Positions 45,124-53,638 are shown, counted from the first letter of the stretch. The stretch: DNA of 53,638 bases from Eubacteriales bacterium (GCA_045603925.1 JAZUNB010000086.1:1-53638); one strand, 5' to 3'. Numbers and translations: made by a program. Notes: generated from the letters alone by a model not told the origin.

Positions 45124-46233
45124 TCAGTTCACCAAGGTACGCTCGGTTTCAGAGTCAAAGAGGTGGCAATACTCCAGATCCAGAGCCACTTTGATGATAT
45201 CATCAGCAACAGCGGTGGACTTGGGAGATACACGGGCAGTAAACTTGCTGCCTTCCACATCCAGATACAGATAGGTTTCGGAACCCATCTTCTCTGCAAC
45301 TTCAACAGTGGAGGTGATCACATACTGGGGAATTCTTGCCAGATGCTCAGCCTCATCATGAACATGCTCGGGACGAATGCCGAGGATCAAGGTCTCGCCA
45401 ACCTTCTCCTTCACAGCATCGTTTACCTTCTCGGCAGGCAGCTTCAAGGAGTTCTCAGCGAACTCAACATAGTAGCCGTCGCTCTTCTCGACCAGCTGAA
45501 CCTTAACAAAGTTCATCTGGGGAGAACCGATAAAGCCTGCAACAAACATATTGCAGGGATAGAGATACAGATTCTGAGGAGTATCTACCTGCTGAATCAG
45601 ACCGTCTTTCATAACTACGATACGGGTAGCCATGGTCATAGCCTCGGTCTGGTCATGGGTAACGTAGATAAAGGTGGTCTTCAGGTTGTGATGGATCTTA
45701 GAAAGCTCGGTTCTCATCTGAGCACGCAGCTTAGCATCCAGGTTGGAGAGAGGCTCGTCGAGCAGGAATACCTTAGGCACACGAACGATCGCACGACCCA
45801 AAGCAACACGCTGACGCTGACCACCGGACAAAGCCTTGGGCTTTCTGTCCAGCAGGTGGCTGATGTCCAGAATCTTAGCGGCCTCTTCAACGCGTCTCTT
45901 GATCTCTTCCTTGGGGGTTTTTCTCAGCTTCAGACCAAAAGCCATGTTGTCGAAACAGGTCATATGGGGATACAGAGCATAGTTCTGGAATACCATTGCG
46001 ATGTCTCTGTCCTTAGGAGCAACATCATTGACAAGTTTGTCGCCGATGAACAGTTCACCCTCAGTGATTTCTTCCAGACCGGCAATCATTCTCAGAGTCG
46101 TGGACTTACCGCAACCGGAAGGACCAACGAGTACGAGAAACTCCTTGTCTTCGATCTCAAGGTTGAAATCGGAAACTGCAACAACACCGCCGGGATATCT
46201 TTTGTAAATGCCTTTTAATGACAAGCTTGCCAT
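45124..46233 (-). CDS. Orphan carbohydrate ABC transporter ATP-binding protein (MsmK/MalK/UgpC type)
   Basis: GPSGCGKST, LSGGQRQRVALGRA, LLDEPLSNLD, and a C-terminal TOBE-like domain. There are no adjacent permease genes. Confidence 0.9.
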   Translation of the reverse strand: MASLSLKGIYKRYPGGVVAVSDFNLEIEDKEFLVLVGPSGCGKSTTLRMIAGLEEITEGELFIGDKLVNDVAPKDRDIAMVFQNYALYPHMTCFDNMAFGLKLRKTPKEEIKRRVEEAAKILDISHLLDRKPKALSGGQRQRVALGRAIVRVPKVFLLDEPLSNLDAKLRAQMRTELSKIHHNLKTTFIYVTHDQTEAMTMATRIVVMKDGLIQQVDTPQNLYLYPCNMFVAGFIGSPQMNFVKVQLVEKSDGYYVEFAENSLKLPAEKVNDAVKEKVGETLILGIRPEHVHDEAEHLARIPQYVITSTVEVAEKMGSETYLYLDVEGSKFTARVSPKSTAVADDIIKVALDLEYCHLFDSETERTLVN

Positions 46234-46277
46234 GTCGTTAAACCTCCTGAAATTAAAGCATTATTTTACTTATGATT

Positions 46278-46286
46278 ACTATACCA
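46278..46286 (-). promoter_or_regulatory. Extended -10 element for the ABC ATPase gene
   Basis: The minus strand reads TGgTATAGT, about 45 nt upstream of the ATG. Confidence 0.45.
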
Positions 46287-46338
46287 TAATTTAGTTTAAA
46301 TTTAAATACTTTTTTTAAACAAATTTACCGTTTACATT

Positions 46339-46355
46339 TTGTTTACTTTGCACAA
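46339..46355. promoter_or_regulatory. 17 bp motif TTGTTTACTTTGCACAA (copy 2)
   Basis: It lies about 55-70 nt upstream of the -10. It matches 44990-45006 at 16 of 17 positions. Confidence 0.5.
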
Positions 46356-46407
46356 ACAAGGTGGTATTCAAATAATTTTGAGGCAATTTTTAGTCGATAT
46401 GCCCATA

Positions 46408-47106
46408 TTACTCTACCGCCTCCAGGCCCCGAACCTCTTCATCCGTCAGGTATCGACAGCTGCCGCACTCTAAATTCTCGTCCAAGGTCAAGCCGTGAAT
46501 TCCGGAACGATGGAGACGGATGACCTCATTTCCAAGCGCTCCGAACATCCGCTTGATCTGATGATATTTCCCCTCGGAAATACGAATAATGCCCTGCCTC
46601 TCCCCTGTCGGTTCAAAATACGCAGGCTTGCAATGGAGACCGTCGCGAAGAGTGATTCCATTCTTCAGCGCCTCAATATCTTCTGCCGATACCGCATCCC
46701 GCAAACCAACAACATATTCCTTAAAAATCTCCTTTTTGGGCGCAAGCAAGCGATGAGCCAAAGGGCCGTTATTGGTGATCAACACAAGGCCGGTCGTATC
46801 CTTATCCAGCCGCCCGCATACGAAGAGATCCTTCTTTTGGTACTCCTTGGGCAGCAGATCAAATACCGTCTTATTGGAACTGTCGCGGTTGGCGCAGATA
46901 TACCCTTGCGGTTTATGCAACATAATGTAAAAATATTGCTGATATACCACCGACGCACCATCCAGCAAGACCTCATCCCCATCCACATGAAGGCTTCCGG
47001 TTCGAACCACCTTGCCGTTGACCGCAACGCGGCCGGAGCCGATCATCTTTTTTACCTCGCTGCGGGTATAGTTTAAGGTATCCGAAAGAAACTTATCCAA
47101 ACGCAT
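46408..47106 (-). CDS. rsuA: 16S rRNA pseudouridine synthase (RsuA/RluB family)
   Basis: S4 domain MRLDKFLSD and the catalytic GRLDKDTTGL. The ATG at 47106 lies downstream of the promoter at 47138-47167. Confidence 0.85.
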   Translation of the reverse strand: MRLDKFLSDTLNYTRSEVKKMIGSGRVAVNGKVVRTGSLHVDGDEVLLDGASVVYQQYFYIMLHKPQGYICANRDSSNKTVFDLLPKEYQKKDLFVCGRLDKDTTGLVLITNNGPLAHRLLAPKKEIFKEYVVGLRDAVSAEDIEALKNGITLRDGLHCKPAYFEPTGERQGIIRISEGKYHQIKRMFGALGNEVIRLHRSGIHGLTLDENLECGSCRYLTDEEVRGLEAVE

Positions 47107-47137
47107 AAAACGGCTCCCTTCCCAAAAATTCAATGCT

Positions 47138-47167
47138 ATTATAAGCAAAGACAGATCCATTTGTCAA
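47138..47167 (-). promoter_or_regulatory. Sigma-A promoter of rsuA
   Basis: The minus strand reads TTGACA (47162-47167), an 18 nt spacer, then TATAAT (47138-47143). Confidence 0.6.
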
Positions 47168-47168
47168 G

Positions 47169-47200
47169 TAAAAGCGGCGCCTGCAAAAGCAGACGCCGCT
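47169..47200 (-). terminator. Terminator after the DUF4830-like gene
   Basis: agcggcgcctgc-aaaa-gcagacgccgct (one mismatch), with TTTTA on the minus strand. Confidence 0.7.
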
Positions 47201-47204
47201 CCTC

Positions 47205-47669
47205 TTATTCCTTTACAAATCCGTGGACAAACCCATTTATAGCAGTAGAGGAAATATCTCCTCCGATAGCCTTTCCGTTATATACCAAAAGATTTGCAAC
47301 AACACCTTGAGGCTGATCCGGATAGTTTATCACTTTATAAGTATACTTTTTGGCCCTTGTACCCTTATATTTGGATAGATCAAAACCACTTATCTGCTGA
47401 TAGTTATTATAGGTTTCATAGTTTGCATCGAATTCTGCAGGAATGATGACCTCTTCGATCAGCATCGGCTGCGGCTCAACATCATATCCAAAGGATTGGA
47501 GCAATGTCACCTGCTGCTCGGTGGTTTTTGCCGCTGTATCGACAGAGTTTTTTAAAACATCTGTGGAAGCCTTCGGCGAAAAAACCGCAACTGCGCCGAT
47601 GGACAGGCAGATCAAAGCGCAAAAACCCCAGATCAAATTTCGGTTTAACTTCACGGACCATACAAACAT
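47205..47669 (-). CDS. DUF4830-like secreted or anchored protein
   Basis: 154 aa with an N-terminal TM/signal segment. LLQSFGYDV...IPAEFDANYETYNNYQ...GFDLSKYKG matches my memory of the DUF4830 pattern. Confidence 0.55.
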   Translation of the reverse strand: MFVWSVKLNRNLIWGFCALICLSIGAVAVFSPKASTDVLKNSVDTAAKTTEQQVTLLQSFGYDVEPQPMLIEEVIIPAEFDANYETYNNYQQISGFDLSKYKGTRAKKYTYKVINYPDQPQGVVANLLVYNGKAIGGDISSTAINGFVHGFVKE

Positions 47670-47725
47670 AGCATAACCTCTTTTAATCAGATTTACACTA
47701 CATTTATATGGGGATCAAGCTTTGA

Positions 47726-49777
47726 TTATTCGGCTTTTTCGGCAATTACCTTTTGGGTAATATTACCGGGAGCCTCGCGATACTCCAAGAAGGAGAATTC
47801 AAAGGAAGCGCGGGCATGGGTCATACTTCTGAGATCCATGGCATAAGAATTCATCTCGCTCATAGGAACGATAGCGGAAACGATCTTATACCCTCTGGTC
47901 TCTGCGGCATCCATAGAAAGGATCTGTCCGCGGCGCTTATTGATATCACCGATAATATCGCCCATCAAAGCATCGGAAACCAATACCTTCAAAGTACCGA
48001 CAGGCTCCAGCAAAACAGGATTTGCCTGCTTCATACCCTCCTTGAAGGCAATGGAAGCCGCCATCTTAAAGGCCATTTCCGAAGAATCAACGGGATGGTA
48101 GGAACCGTCCAGCAAAGTAGCCTTCAGGCCTGTAACGGGATAGCCCGCCAAAACGCCCTTTGTAATAGACTCACGCAAGCCTTTTTCGACAGCAGGGAAA
48201 AAGTTCTTCGGTACCGCGCCGCCGAAAACAGACTCGGCAAACTCAAACTCACCCTCAAAGAGCGGTTCGAACTCGATCCAGACATGGCCATACTGACCGT
48301 GACCGCCGGACTGCTTCTTATGCTTACCCTCCACCTTAACCTTTTTGCGGATGGCTTCGCGGTAAGGAACCTTCACATCTTCCAGATCAACCTTTACGCC
48401 GAACTTAGAGGCCAGCTTGGAAACAACAACATCCAGCTGCAGATCGCCAAAACCGGAAAGCACCATCTGCTTGGTTTCGGGGTTTACTTCAAACTTCAAA
48501 GAGGGATCCTCTTCGATCATACGGTTAATACCCTGGGCGATCTTTTCCTCATCACCCTTAGCCTGAGAAACAACAGCCTTGCTGTAGTTTGCCTGCGGGA
48601 AGCGAATGGCAGGGAATTCAACACGGCAATCCTTATCGCAGAGAGCATCGGAAGTCGCAGTAACAGCCAACTTGGTAAACACACCGATATCGCCGGCCTG
48701 CAGATCGGAAACCTCCACCTGCTTTTTACCGAAAGGAGTATATACATGAGCGATCTTCTCAAACTCATCTTTTCTGGCATTCAGATAGCTGGCATCCTTC
48801 TTCACCGTACCGGAATATACCTTGAAGAACGACATTTTGCCGACAAAGGGATCCGCCACTGTCTTGAATACGCGCAGAACCATAGGGCCGGCGGGATCGC
48901 AATCCAACTGAACCTCTTCTCCGTTCTTCTGAACGGTAACAGCGCCCTTACAAAGAGGATTGGGGAAATAATCAACAATAGCGCGAAGCAGCTGATAAAT
49001 ACCCAGAACTTCGGTAGGAACGCCGCAGAACACCGGATACAGCAAACGCAAGGCGATGGCATTCTTCATGCCCTCCTGCAGTTCTTCGGGAGTAAACTCC
49101 TCTTCAGCGAAGAATTTATCCATCAAGGCATCATCGGTCTCGGCGATCGCCTCCAAAGCCTCGTGATAATAAGTATTGACCTTATCCTGCATATTGGCAG
49201 GAACAGGGCATTCACCCACTCCGAAACGGTAACCGTCATTTTTGATGACATTTACGGTACCGACCATCTTTCCGTCTTCAATGATCGGCAAGGTAATGGG
49301 CAGGATCTGGGAGCCGCCGAATTTAGCGTGCAGCTGCTCCACAATGCTGTAAAAGTCAGCGTTTTCATCATCCAGACCGCCGACAAAGAATGCACGGGGC
49401 ATCATCCGTTCCTCGGCTTTTTTCCACGCCTTCTCGGTACCGACCGAAACCGTATTCTTCGCGGTAAGAACCATCAAAGCAAGATCCGAAACCTCAAGTG
49501 CCGAGATCTGGTCGCCTTCATAGTCATAGTTTCCCGGTACATCAATCAGATTGATCTTGGTATCCTTATATTCAAACGATGCCATAGACAAAGAGATCGA
49601 AAACTTACGCTTGATCTCTTCCGCATCAAAATCAAGTACAGTATTTCCCTGCTCGACCTTACCCAAACGATCCGTATTCTTGGAAAAATACAGCATCGCC
49701 TCTGCCAGGCTGGTCTTACCGTTGCCCTTATGGCCGATCAAGCAGATGTTACGAATGTTTTTTGCAGGTGTGCTCAT
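47726..49777 (-). CDS. Elongation factor G family GTPase (stand-alone paralog)
   Basis: 683 aa collinear with EF-G domains I-V. G1 is GHKGNGKTS (canonical AHIDAGKTT) and G3 is DVPG. It is not in an rpsL-rpsG-fusA-tuf context. Confidence 0.85.
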   Translation of the reverse strand: MSTPAKNIRNICLIGHKGNGKTSLAEAMLYFSKNTDRLGKVEQGNTVLDFDAEEIKRKFSISLSMASFEYKDTKINLIDVPGNYDYEGDQISALEVSDLALMVLTAKNTVSVGTEKAWKKAEERMMPRAFFVGGLDDENADFYSIVEQLHAKFGGSQILPITLPIIEDGKMVGTVNVIKNDGYRFGVGECPVPANMQDKVNTYYHEALEAIAETDDALMDKFFAEEEFTPEELQEGMKNAIALRLLYPVFCGVPTEVLGIYQLLRAIVDYFPNPLCKGAVTVQKNGEEVQLDCDPAGPMVLRVFKTVADPFVGKMSFFKVYSGTVKKDASYLNARKDEFEKIAHVYTPFGKKQVEVSDLQAGDIGVFTKLAVTATSDALCDKDCRVEFPAIRFPQANYSKAVVSQAKGDEEKIAQGINRMIEEDPSLKFEVNPETKQMVLSGFGDLQLDVVVSKLASKFGVKVDLEDVKVPYREAIRKKVKVEGKHKKQSGGHGQYGHVWIEFEPLFEGEFEFAESVFGGAVPKNFFPAVEKGLRESITKGVLAGYPVTGLKATLLDGSYHPVDSSEMAFKMAASIAFKEGMKQANPVLLEPVGTLKVLVSDALMGDIIGDINKRRGQILSMDAAETRGYKIVSAIVPMSEMNSYAMDLRSMTHARASFEFSFLEYREAPGNITQKVIAEKAE

Positions 49778-49830
49778 AAAAATATCTCCTTTCGCGAAAC
49801 CTTTTGGCTTCGAGTAAATACTATGGAAAC

Positions 49831-49859
49831 ATTATACATTATGAACAAACAAAATGCAA
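49831..49859 (-). promoter_or_regulatory. Sigma-A promoter of the EF-G paralog
   Basis: The minus strand reads TTGCAT (49854-49859), a 17 nt spacer, then TATAAT (49831-49836). Confidence 0.6.
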
Positions 49860-49871
49860 GTGTTTGATGAA

Positions 49872-51896
49872 TTATTTGCAAAAAGTACAAACAAGCCAGA
49901 CCACCGCGGTCCAGATCCACTGAAAAACAAGGATCTGCATAGCTGTATCATCGGAATATCCCGCCAGAGCAATGAAGAAAATAAGCCCGATGCTTAAGAG
50001 CATATAAAGCAGACGGATAATACGGTTAATCTTTATGGCTGTCAGTAATTTACTGCAGCCGTAAAGACAGGCCGCCAGACCCTGCAGACCCGTTCGCGAT
50101 GCGATAAGATCCGGGGATTTCTCCTTCTTTTCCAGATAGCTGCGACAAGCCTCGCCGGTATTATAAGAGATAAAGTGGAACAAGCTCATATCGATCATGG
50201 GATAAAGGGACCTCAAGAGCGTCTCATCAAACAAATAATTATTGGAAACCAAGCCGACACTCAGCTGTTCATCAATAGCAAATTCAATAGCCTGCTTGGT
50301 TTGAAGATTACTCTCAAAGCTCGCAATAAAAATACCTGCAGGCTCATGATTATAAGCCACATAAACGGGGAAATGGCAGGGCTTTAACTGCATATTGGAA
50401 AACTGCTTAGGGAACTCAACCTTCAGTTCCCGCATATATTCAGCGCTTCCAACTGCAAATTCACGGCTGTTGATCATGCAGGAGTATCCATACCCCTTTT
50501 GGTAAGATGGATTCAAAACACCGGGAAGCACCACCGATTTAGCATCGATCATCTTCAAAAAAAGCGGCTTCAAGGGTGTACCGACGCAAGAATAAAGGGC
50601 GGCAATATAGGTGATCAGATCATCGATCTGCAACGCGCCGAGAGCCTTAACTCCCTGAAGTAAAACAGCGTTTTCGCCCAAAAAATCCTCTTCACTGATC
50701 ATTAAAAGATCAGAATCCTCCAATTCCTTTGCCGATGCAACTGAAGTCAAAACTCCGCCGTTTTTACGGATCTTCTGTCCGTTTTTATAAATCGAAGATG
50801 CGTAATAATAGCGTGAAAAAAACGGAATGCTCAAAGCAAGGGCGGCCGCAGGAAAGTATACAGCCTCCCGCCATCCGGTCAACTGCCAGACCGCAACCGT
50901 CCCCGCAAGGATCAAAACAACAGAGAGAAAATGAATGCGGTAAAACCTATGATCGCACTCATAATCGCTGTAACTGTGGTCAATAAATTTTGAGACCAGC
51001 TCTGTTCCGTGGGCAAACAAAACATCCCCGCCCTCACCGGTCTCCAAAATCAATTCGTTTTTCACTTCGAGATCCGGTTGCATGGTGGCGGTCAACTTAT
51101 GCCCCGATGCCGCAAGGATCCGGAAATTCTTTTTAATGTTGGAGGCGATCTTCTTCTTGGCAAGAACATTGAAATACAGTCCGATGGCAAGCATCGGCTC
51201 CAAATAAAGCGGATAGCTGCGGAGAGAGGGAATCATCACAGATAAAATGCGCACAGCGGTTAATGCAATAAAGAGCATGGCCAACAAGGTATCGGTATCG
51301 GCGCGGAGCCGCAACAGACGCGCCAAGCCCTGGCTGAAAATACCAAACGATAAAAAAACGCAAGCAAGATCCACCGCCAGCAAAATCAGATGAAACCAAA
51401 TGGACTCTCCGGTAAGCCCAAAGACCCCGCCCCGAAGTCCGATCAGGAAGGCAATTACCGCCACAAGGCTCAGCAAAAAGAAGGCAATGGATTTCACTGC
51501 CATTTTACTGACGGTATTCTTCAGATCACGATAGATCTCATCACGCTCATCTTCCGATTCAAAATCCTCGATATCCTCTTGATCCATATCATCATAGATC
51601 GGCATCCGAACAGGGGGCTCCTCCCCCTCTTCATTATCGTCTTCCTCCTCATCCCAAAGTCGGCGAAGAGCCGATTTATTCTCTTCTGCGGGAGGTGCAC
51701 CGTTTTTACCGTATTTCAGCTCATCAAAAATCGCCTCATCCACAACGCCGGATCCAGTGGGCTCTTTTTGAAGATTTGTATGATCATCAATGGCCTTCTT
51801 GGAATCGGAGATCACTGCATCAATGCTTTTAAAGGTGTCGATCTGCGCGATCAGATCTTCAATTTCCGATTTTTGATCCTTCGGTTCAAAACTCAT
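49872..51896 (-). CDS. Degenerate P-type (P1B-like) ATPase homolog lacking catalytic motifs, with acidic N-terminal region
   Basis: 674 aa. By eye it is collinear with CopA-type pumps: RADTDTLLAM (cf. MDvLVA), LETGEGG (cf. TGES), IPF where CPC is expected, ISEEDF where DKTGT is expected, SNN where TGD is expected, and two final TM helices. This was not verified by any search. Confidence 0.45.
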   Translation of the reverse strand: MSFEPKDQKSEIEDLIAQIDTFKSIDAVISDSKKAIDDHTNLQKEPTGSGVVDEAIFDELKYGKNGAPPAEENKSALRRLWDEEEDDNEEGEEPPVRMPIYDDMDQEDIEDFESEDERDEIYRDLKNTVSKMAVKSIAFFLLSLVAVIAFLIGLRGGVFGLTGESIWFHLILLAVDLACVFLSFGIFSQGLARLLRLRADTDTLLAMLFIALTAVRILSVMIPSLRSYPLYLEPMLAIGLYFNVLAKKKIASNIKKNFRILAASGHKLTATMQPDLEVKNELILETGEGGDVLFAHGTELVSKFIDHSYSDYECDHRFYRIHFLSVVLILAGTVAVWQLTGWREAVYFPAAALALSIPFFSRYYYASSIYKNGQKIRKNGGVLTSVASAKELEDSDLLMISEEDFLGENAVLLQGVKALGALQIDDLITYIAALYSCVGTPLKPLFLKMIDAKSVVLPGVLNPSYQKGYGYSCMINSREFAVGSAEYMRELKVEFPKQFSNMQLKPCHFPVYVAYNHEPAGIFIASFESNLQTKQAIEFAIDEQLSVGLVSNNYLFDETLLRSLYPMIDMSLFHFISYNTGEACRSYLEKKEKSPDLIASRTGLQGLAACLYGCSKLLTAIKINRIIRLLYMLLSIGLIFFIALAGYSDDTAMQILVFQWIWTAVVWLVCTFCK

Positions 51897-51903
51897 TACT
51901 TTT

Positions 51904-52653
51904 TTAACGACCTTTCGAAATTTCTTGCATAATAACCGATGCGGCAACCGATGCATTAAGGCAGGAGATCTTCCCCTTCATGGGAATGCGAACAAAAAAG
52001 TCGCATTTCTCGCGCAAGAGACGGGAAATCCCCGTTTCCTCACTACCGACGATCAGAGCAACCCCGCCGCTGTAATCCTGTTCATAATAGACCTTCTCGC
52101 CGGCCATATCACAGCCATAGACCCAAATATTCTTCTCTTTAAGTTCTTCTACTGTTTGAGCAAGATTTGCCACTCTCGCAACAGGAACATAGTGGATGGC
52201 GCCGCCGCTGGCTTTGGCCACAGAAGGAGTCAGCCCGGCGGCTCTTCTCTTTGAAATAATGATGCCATGAACACCGAAGGCATCGGCAGAACGCAAGATC
52301 GCGCCCAGATTATGGGGATCGGCGATCTCGTCTGCAATGATGATGAAGGGGGCCTCACCCCTATCTTCAGCTACCTTCAAAATATCCTCCACCGAAACAT
52401 ATTCCTTCTGCCCGCAGATGGCCAAAACCCCTTGATGATTCACATTGGGAAGCTTGCGATGAAGGGCGCTCATTTCGGTATGAATGATCGGCACACCATT
52501 GCTTTTGCAAAGAGCGACGATCTTCTTATAATTTGCATTCTGGGGATCCCCCGCCAAATAAACCCGTTCCACAGGCAACCCAGACTGCAACACCTCGGTT
52601 ACATTATTTTTCCCAAATACATGGTCAGCTTGATTTTTTTCTTCAAAAGACAT
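51904..52653 (-). CDS. rlmB: 23S rRNA (guanosine-2'-O)-methyltransferase RlmB (TrmH/SpoU family)
   Basis: GKNNVTEVL, HQGVLA, ADEIADPHNLGAILRSA, ALIVGSEETGIS, IPMKGKISCLNASVA. The ATG at 52653 has a GAGGTG RBS. The 341 aa ORF in the track over-extends. Confidence 0.9.
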   Translation of the reverse strand: MSFEEKNQADHVFGKNNVTEVLQSGLPVERVYLAGDPQNANYKKIVALCKSNGVPIIHTEMSALHRKLPNVNHQGVLAICGQKEYVSVEDILKVAEDRGEAPFIIIADEIADPHNLGAILRSADAFGVHGIIISKRRAAGLTPSVAKASGGAIHYVPVARVANLAQTVEELKEKNIWVYGCDMAGEKVYYEQDYSGGVALIVGSEETGISRLLREKCDFFVRIPMKGKISCLNASVAASVIMQEISKGR

Positions 52654-52661
52654 ATTACACC

Positions 52662-53516
52662 TCAATAAAACAGATCCAGAATAAACGCAGACAGCGGAGC
52701 AAACAAAGCGATCAGAACCATCGCCGTCCAGTTTCCGCCCATAAAGAACCATGGGAGTAATACGGTAAATAAAACCACTCCAAGGAGGATCGCTACTGCT
52801 TTTGATCCTTTCAGATAGGCTCGATTGACCACCCATAGATAAACCGACAAAAATACCGCAGAGACCTGCATAATCAGCAATGCCATGTCCATCTTCAATA
52901 TAGCCGCAAAAAGACCGGACACGCCGCAAAACAAGCCTAATATAAGGCTTCGCTTAAACTGATTACAATTTCGCGCGCTCTCGATCAGAAAATAAGCAGG
53001 AACCGCCAGCAAAAACCGCATCAGCAACAGCGGAATAACAACCGTACCTGCCGAAAGGCCGGAGAGAAGCATGGCAAAGATCGAAGGGACCATAAAAGCG
53101 GCGAATACCGCCGAAAAGCATAAAGCCCGCTTCAAACCGCAGAACATACATTTGGCTTGGTAGACCGCTTTGGTATAAGAACCGAAATCCCGATAGATCA
53201 GATTTGCTTTATCTTTGTTAACAGGAAGAGCATCGGACGAAACAGCCATTTCATTGATGGGCGCATTTGCCAAAGCATCATCCATATCATACAGTCCCGC
53301 AATGCAATTTCCAAAGTGATCGGTATAAGAATGAATCAAATGAGCCTTCGCACCGGCGCGATGGAGCTGATGAGTCATCTCCACGGTTTTATGATCAATT
53401 GCAACATCAAAGATCAATAACCCAAACGCCTTGAAACCGCTGTTAGGAAAATCAAAGGAAGTCGGAGGCCAAGCGGTCTTTGGAAGACAACACTTAGCTA
53501 CAACTCCTTGGCTCAC
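52662..53516 (-). pseudogene. C-terminal part of a second P-type-ATPase-like membrane protein; the 5' end is disrupted or unresolved by the terminal direct repeat
   Basis: GLLIFDVAIDHKTVEMTHQLHRAGAKAHLIHSYTD and YDMDDALANAP resemble the P-domain hinge of P-type ATPases, followed by TM helices. There is no credible RBS or start: the GTG at 53516 lacks a Shine-Dalgarno. An in-frame stop lies at 53529-53531, and the duplicated upstream copy is in another frame. Confidence 0.4.
53362..53457. repeat. Direct repeat copy A (96 nt)
   Basis: Matches 53543-53638 at 95 of 96 positions. The single mismatch is 53379 c versus 53560 a. Confidence 0.95.
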
Positions 53517-53542
53517 AGAACGACATGGCTACGATCCGACTT

Positions 53543-53638
53543 TGGAGCTGATGAGTCATATCCACGGTTTTATGATCAATTGCAACATCAAAGATCAATA
53601 ACCCAAACGCCTTGAAACCGCTGTTAGGAAAATCAAAG
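53543..53638. repeat. Direct repeat copy B (96 nt, ends exactly at the window end)
   Basis: The offset is 181 nt from copy A. The last 78 nt are identical to 53380-53457. Confidence 0.95.

Noticed and set aside
45163-46218. 351 aa plus-strand ORF
   Set aside because: It is antisense to the ABC ATPase, whose Walker A, signature and Walker B motifs clearly identify the real coding strand.
47753-49867. 704 aa plus-strand ORF with no stops
   Set aside because: It is exactly antisense to the EF-G paralog. It has no recognisable motifs and is a low-complexity mirror of the sense codon bias. It also runs through the promoter region.
1-53638. Search by eye for defence systems, toxin-antitoxin pairs, retron or DGR reverse transcriptases, transposases, rRNA, riboswitches and T-boxes
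   Set aside because: None of the translated ORFs carries the corresponding motifs. Apart from the regions already listed, the intergenic regions are too short or lack the conserved cores I can recognise without a covariance-model search.

Overview
This 53.6 kb window looks like a core chromosomal segment from a spore-forming Firmicute, probably a Clostridia-like organism. About 50 of roughly 60 genes lie on the minus strand, often with overlapping stop and start codons. I recognise these genes or gene blocks from protein motifs: sigK (intact, with pro-sequence), sigG, ytvI, rplU-prp-rpmA-obg, recN-argR-nadK-tlyA-dxs-ispA-xseB-xseA-nusB, rsgA-pknB-stp-rlmN-rsmB-fmt-def-priA-rpoZ-gmk-remA-yicC, mecA, ftsE-ftsX with an M23 peptidase and an S41 protease, an orphan MsmK-like ABC ATPase, rsuA, an EF-G paralog, rlmB, and a tRNA-Asp/Phe/Cys operon. 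I found no CRISPR array, cas genes, prophage, transposase or recognisable defence or toxin system. The most unusual signal is non-coding. Three intergenic mosaic arrays (1-56 truncated by the window edge, 8166-8338, 9034-9196) each repeat a short AT-rich 9-10-mer several times and then repeat its reverse complement. Every gap between units is a different GC-rich self-complementary mini-hairpin. The two complete arrays sit between an intrinsic terminator and the next minus-strand promoter, and they bracket a small AT-rich two-gene islet (a membrane protein and a lipoprotein) next to the tRNA operon. Other observations are listed below.
- A 96 nt near-exact direct repeat at offset 181 nt ends exactly at the window edge and breaks a P-type-ATPase-like gene. 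It may be an assembly artefact.
- Two apparently catalytically dead P-type ATPase homologs flank rlmB.
- An aspartokinase lacks its ACT domains and sits next to a stand-alone ACT protein.
- A 17 bp motif is shared upstream of two adjacent operons.
- A perfect 13 bp inverted repeat abuts a consensus promoter of a tyrosine recombinase gene.

All calls come from reading the sequence and the ORF translations. No database search was run.
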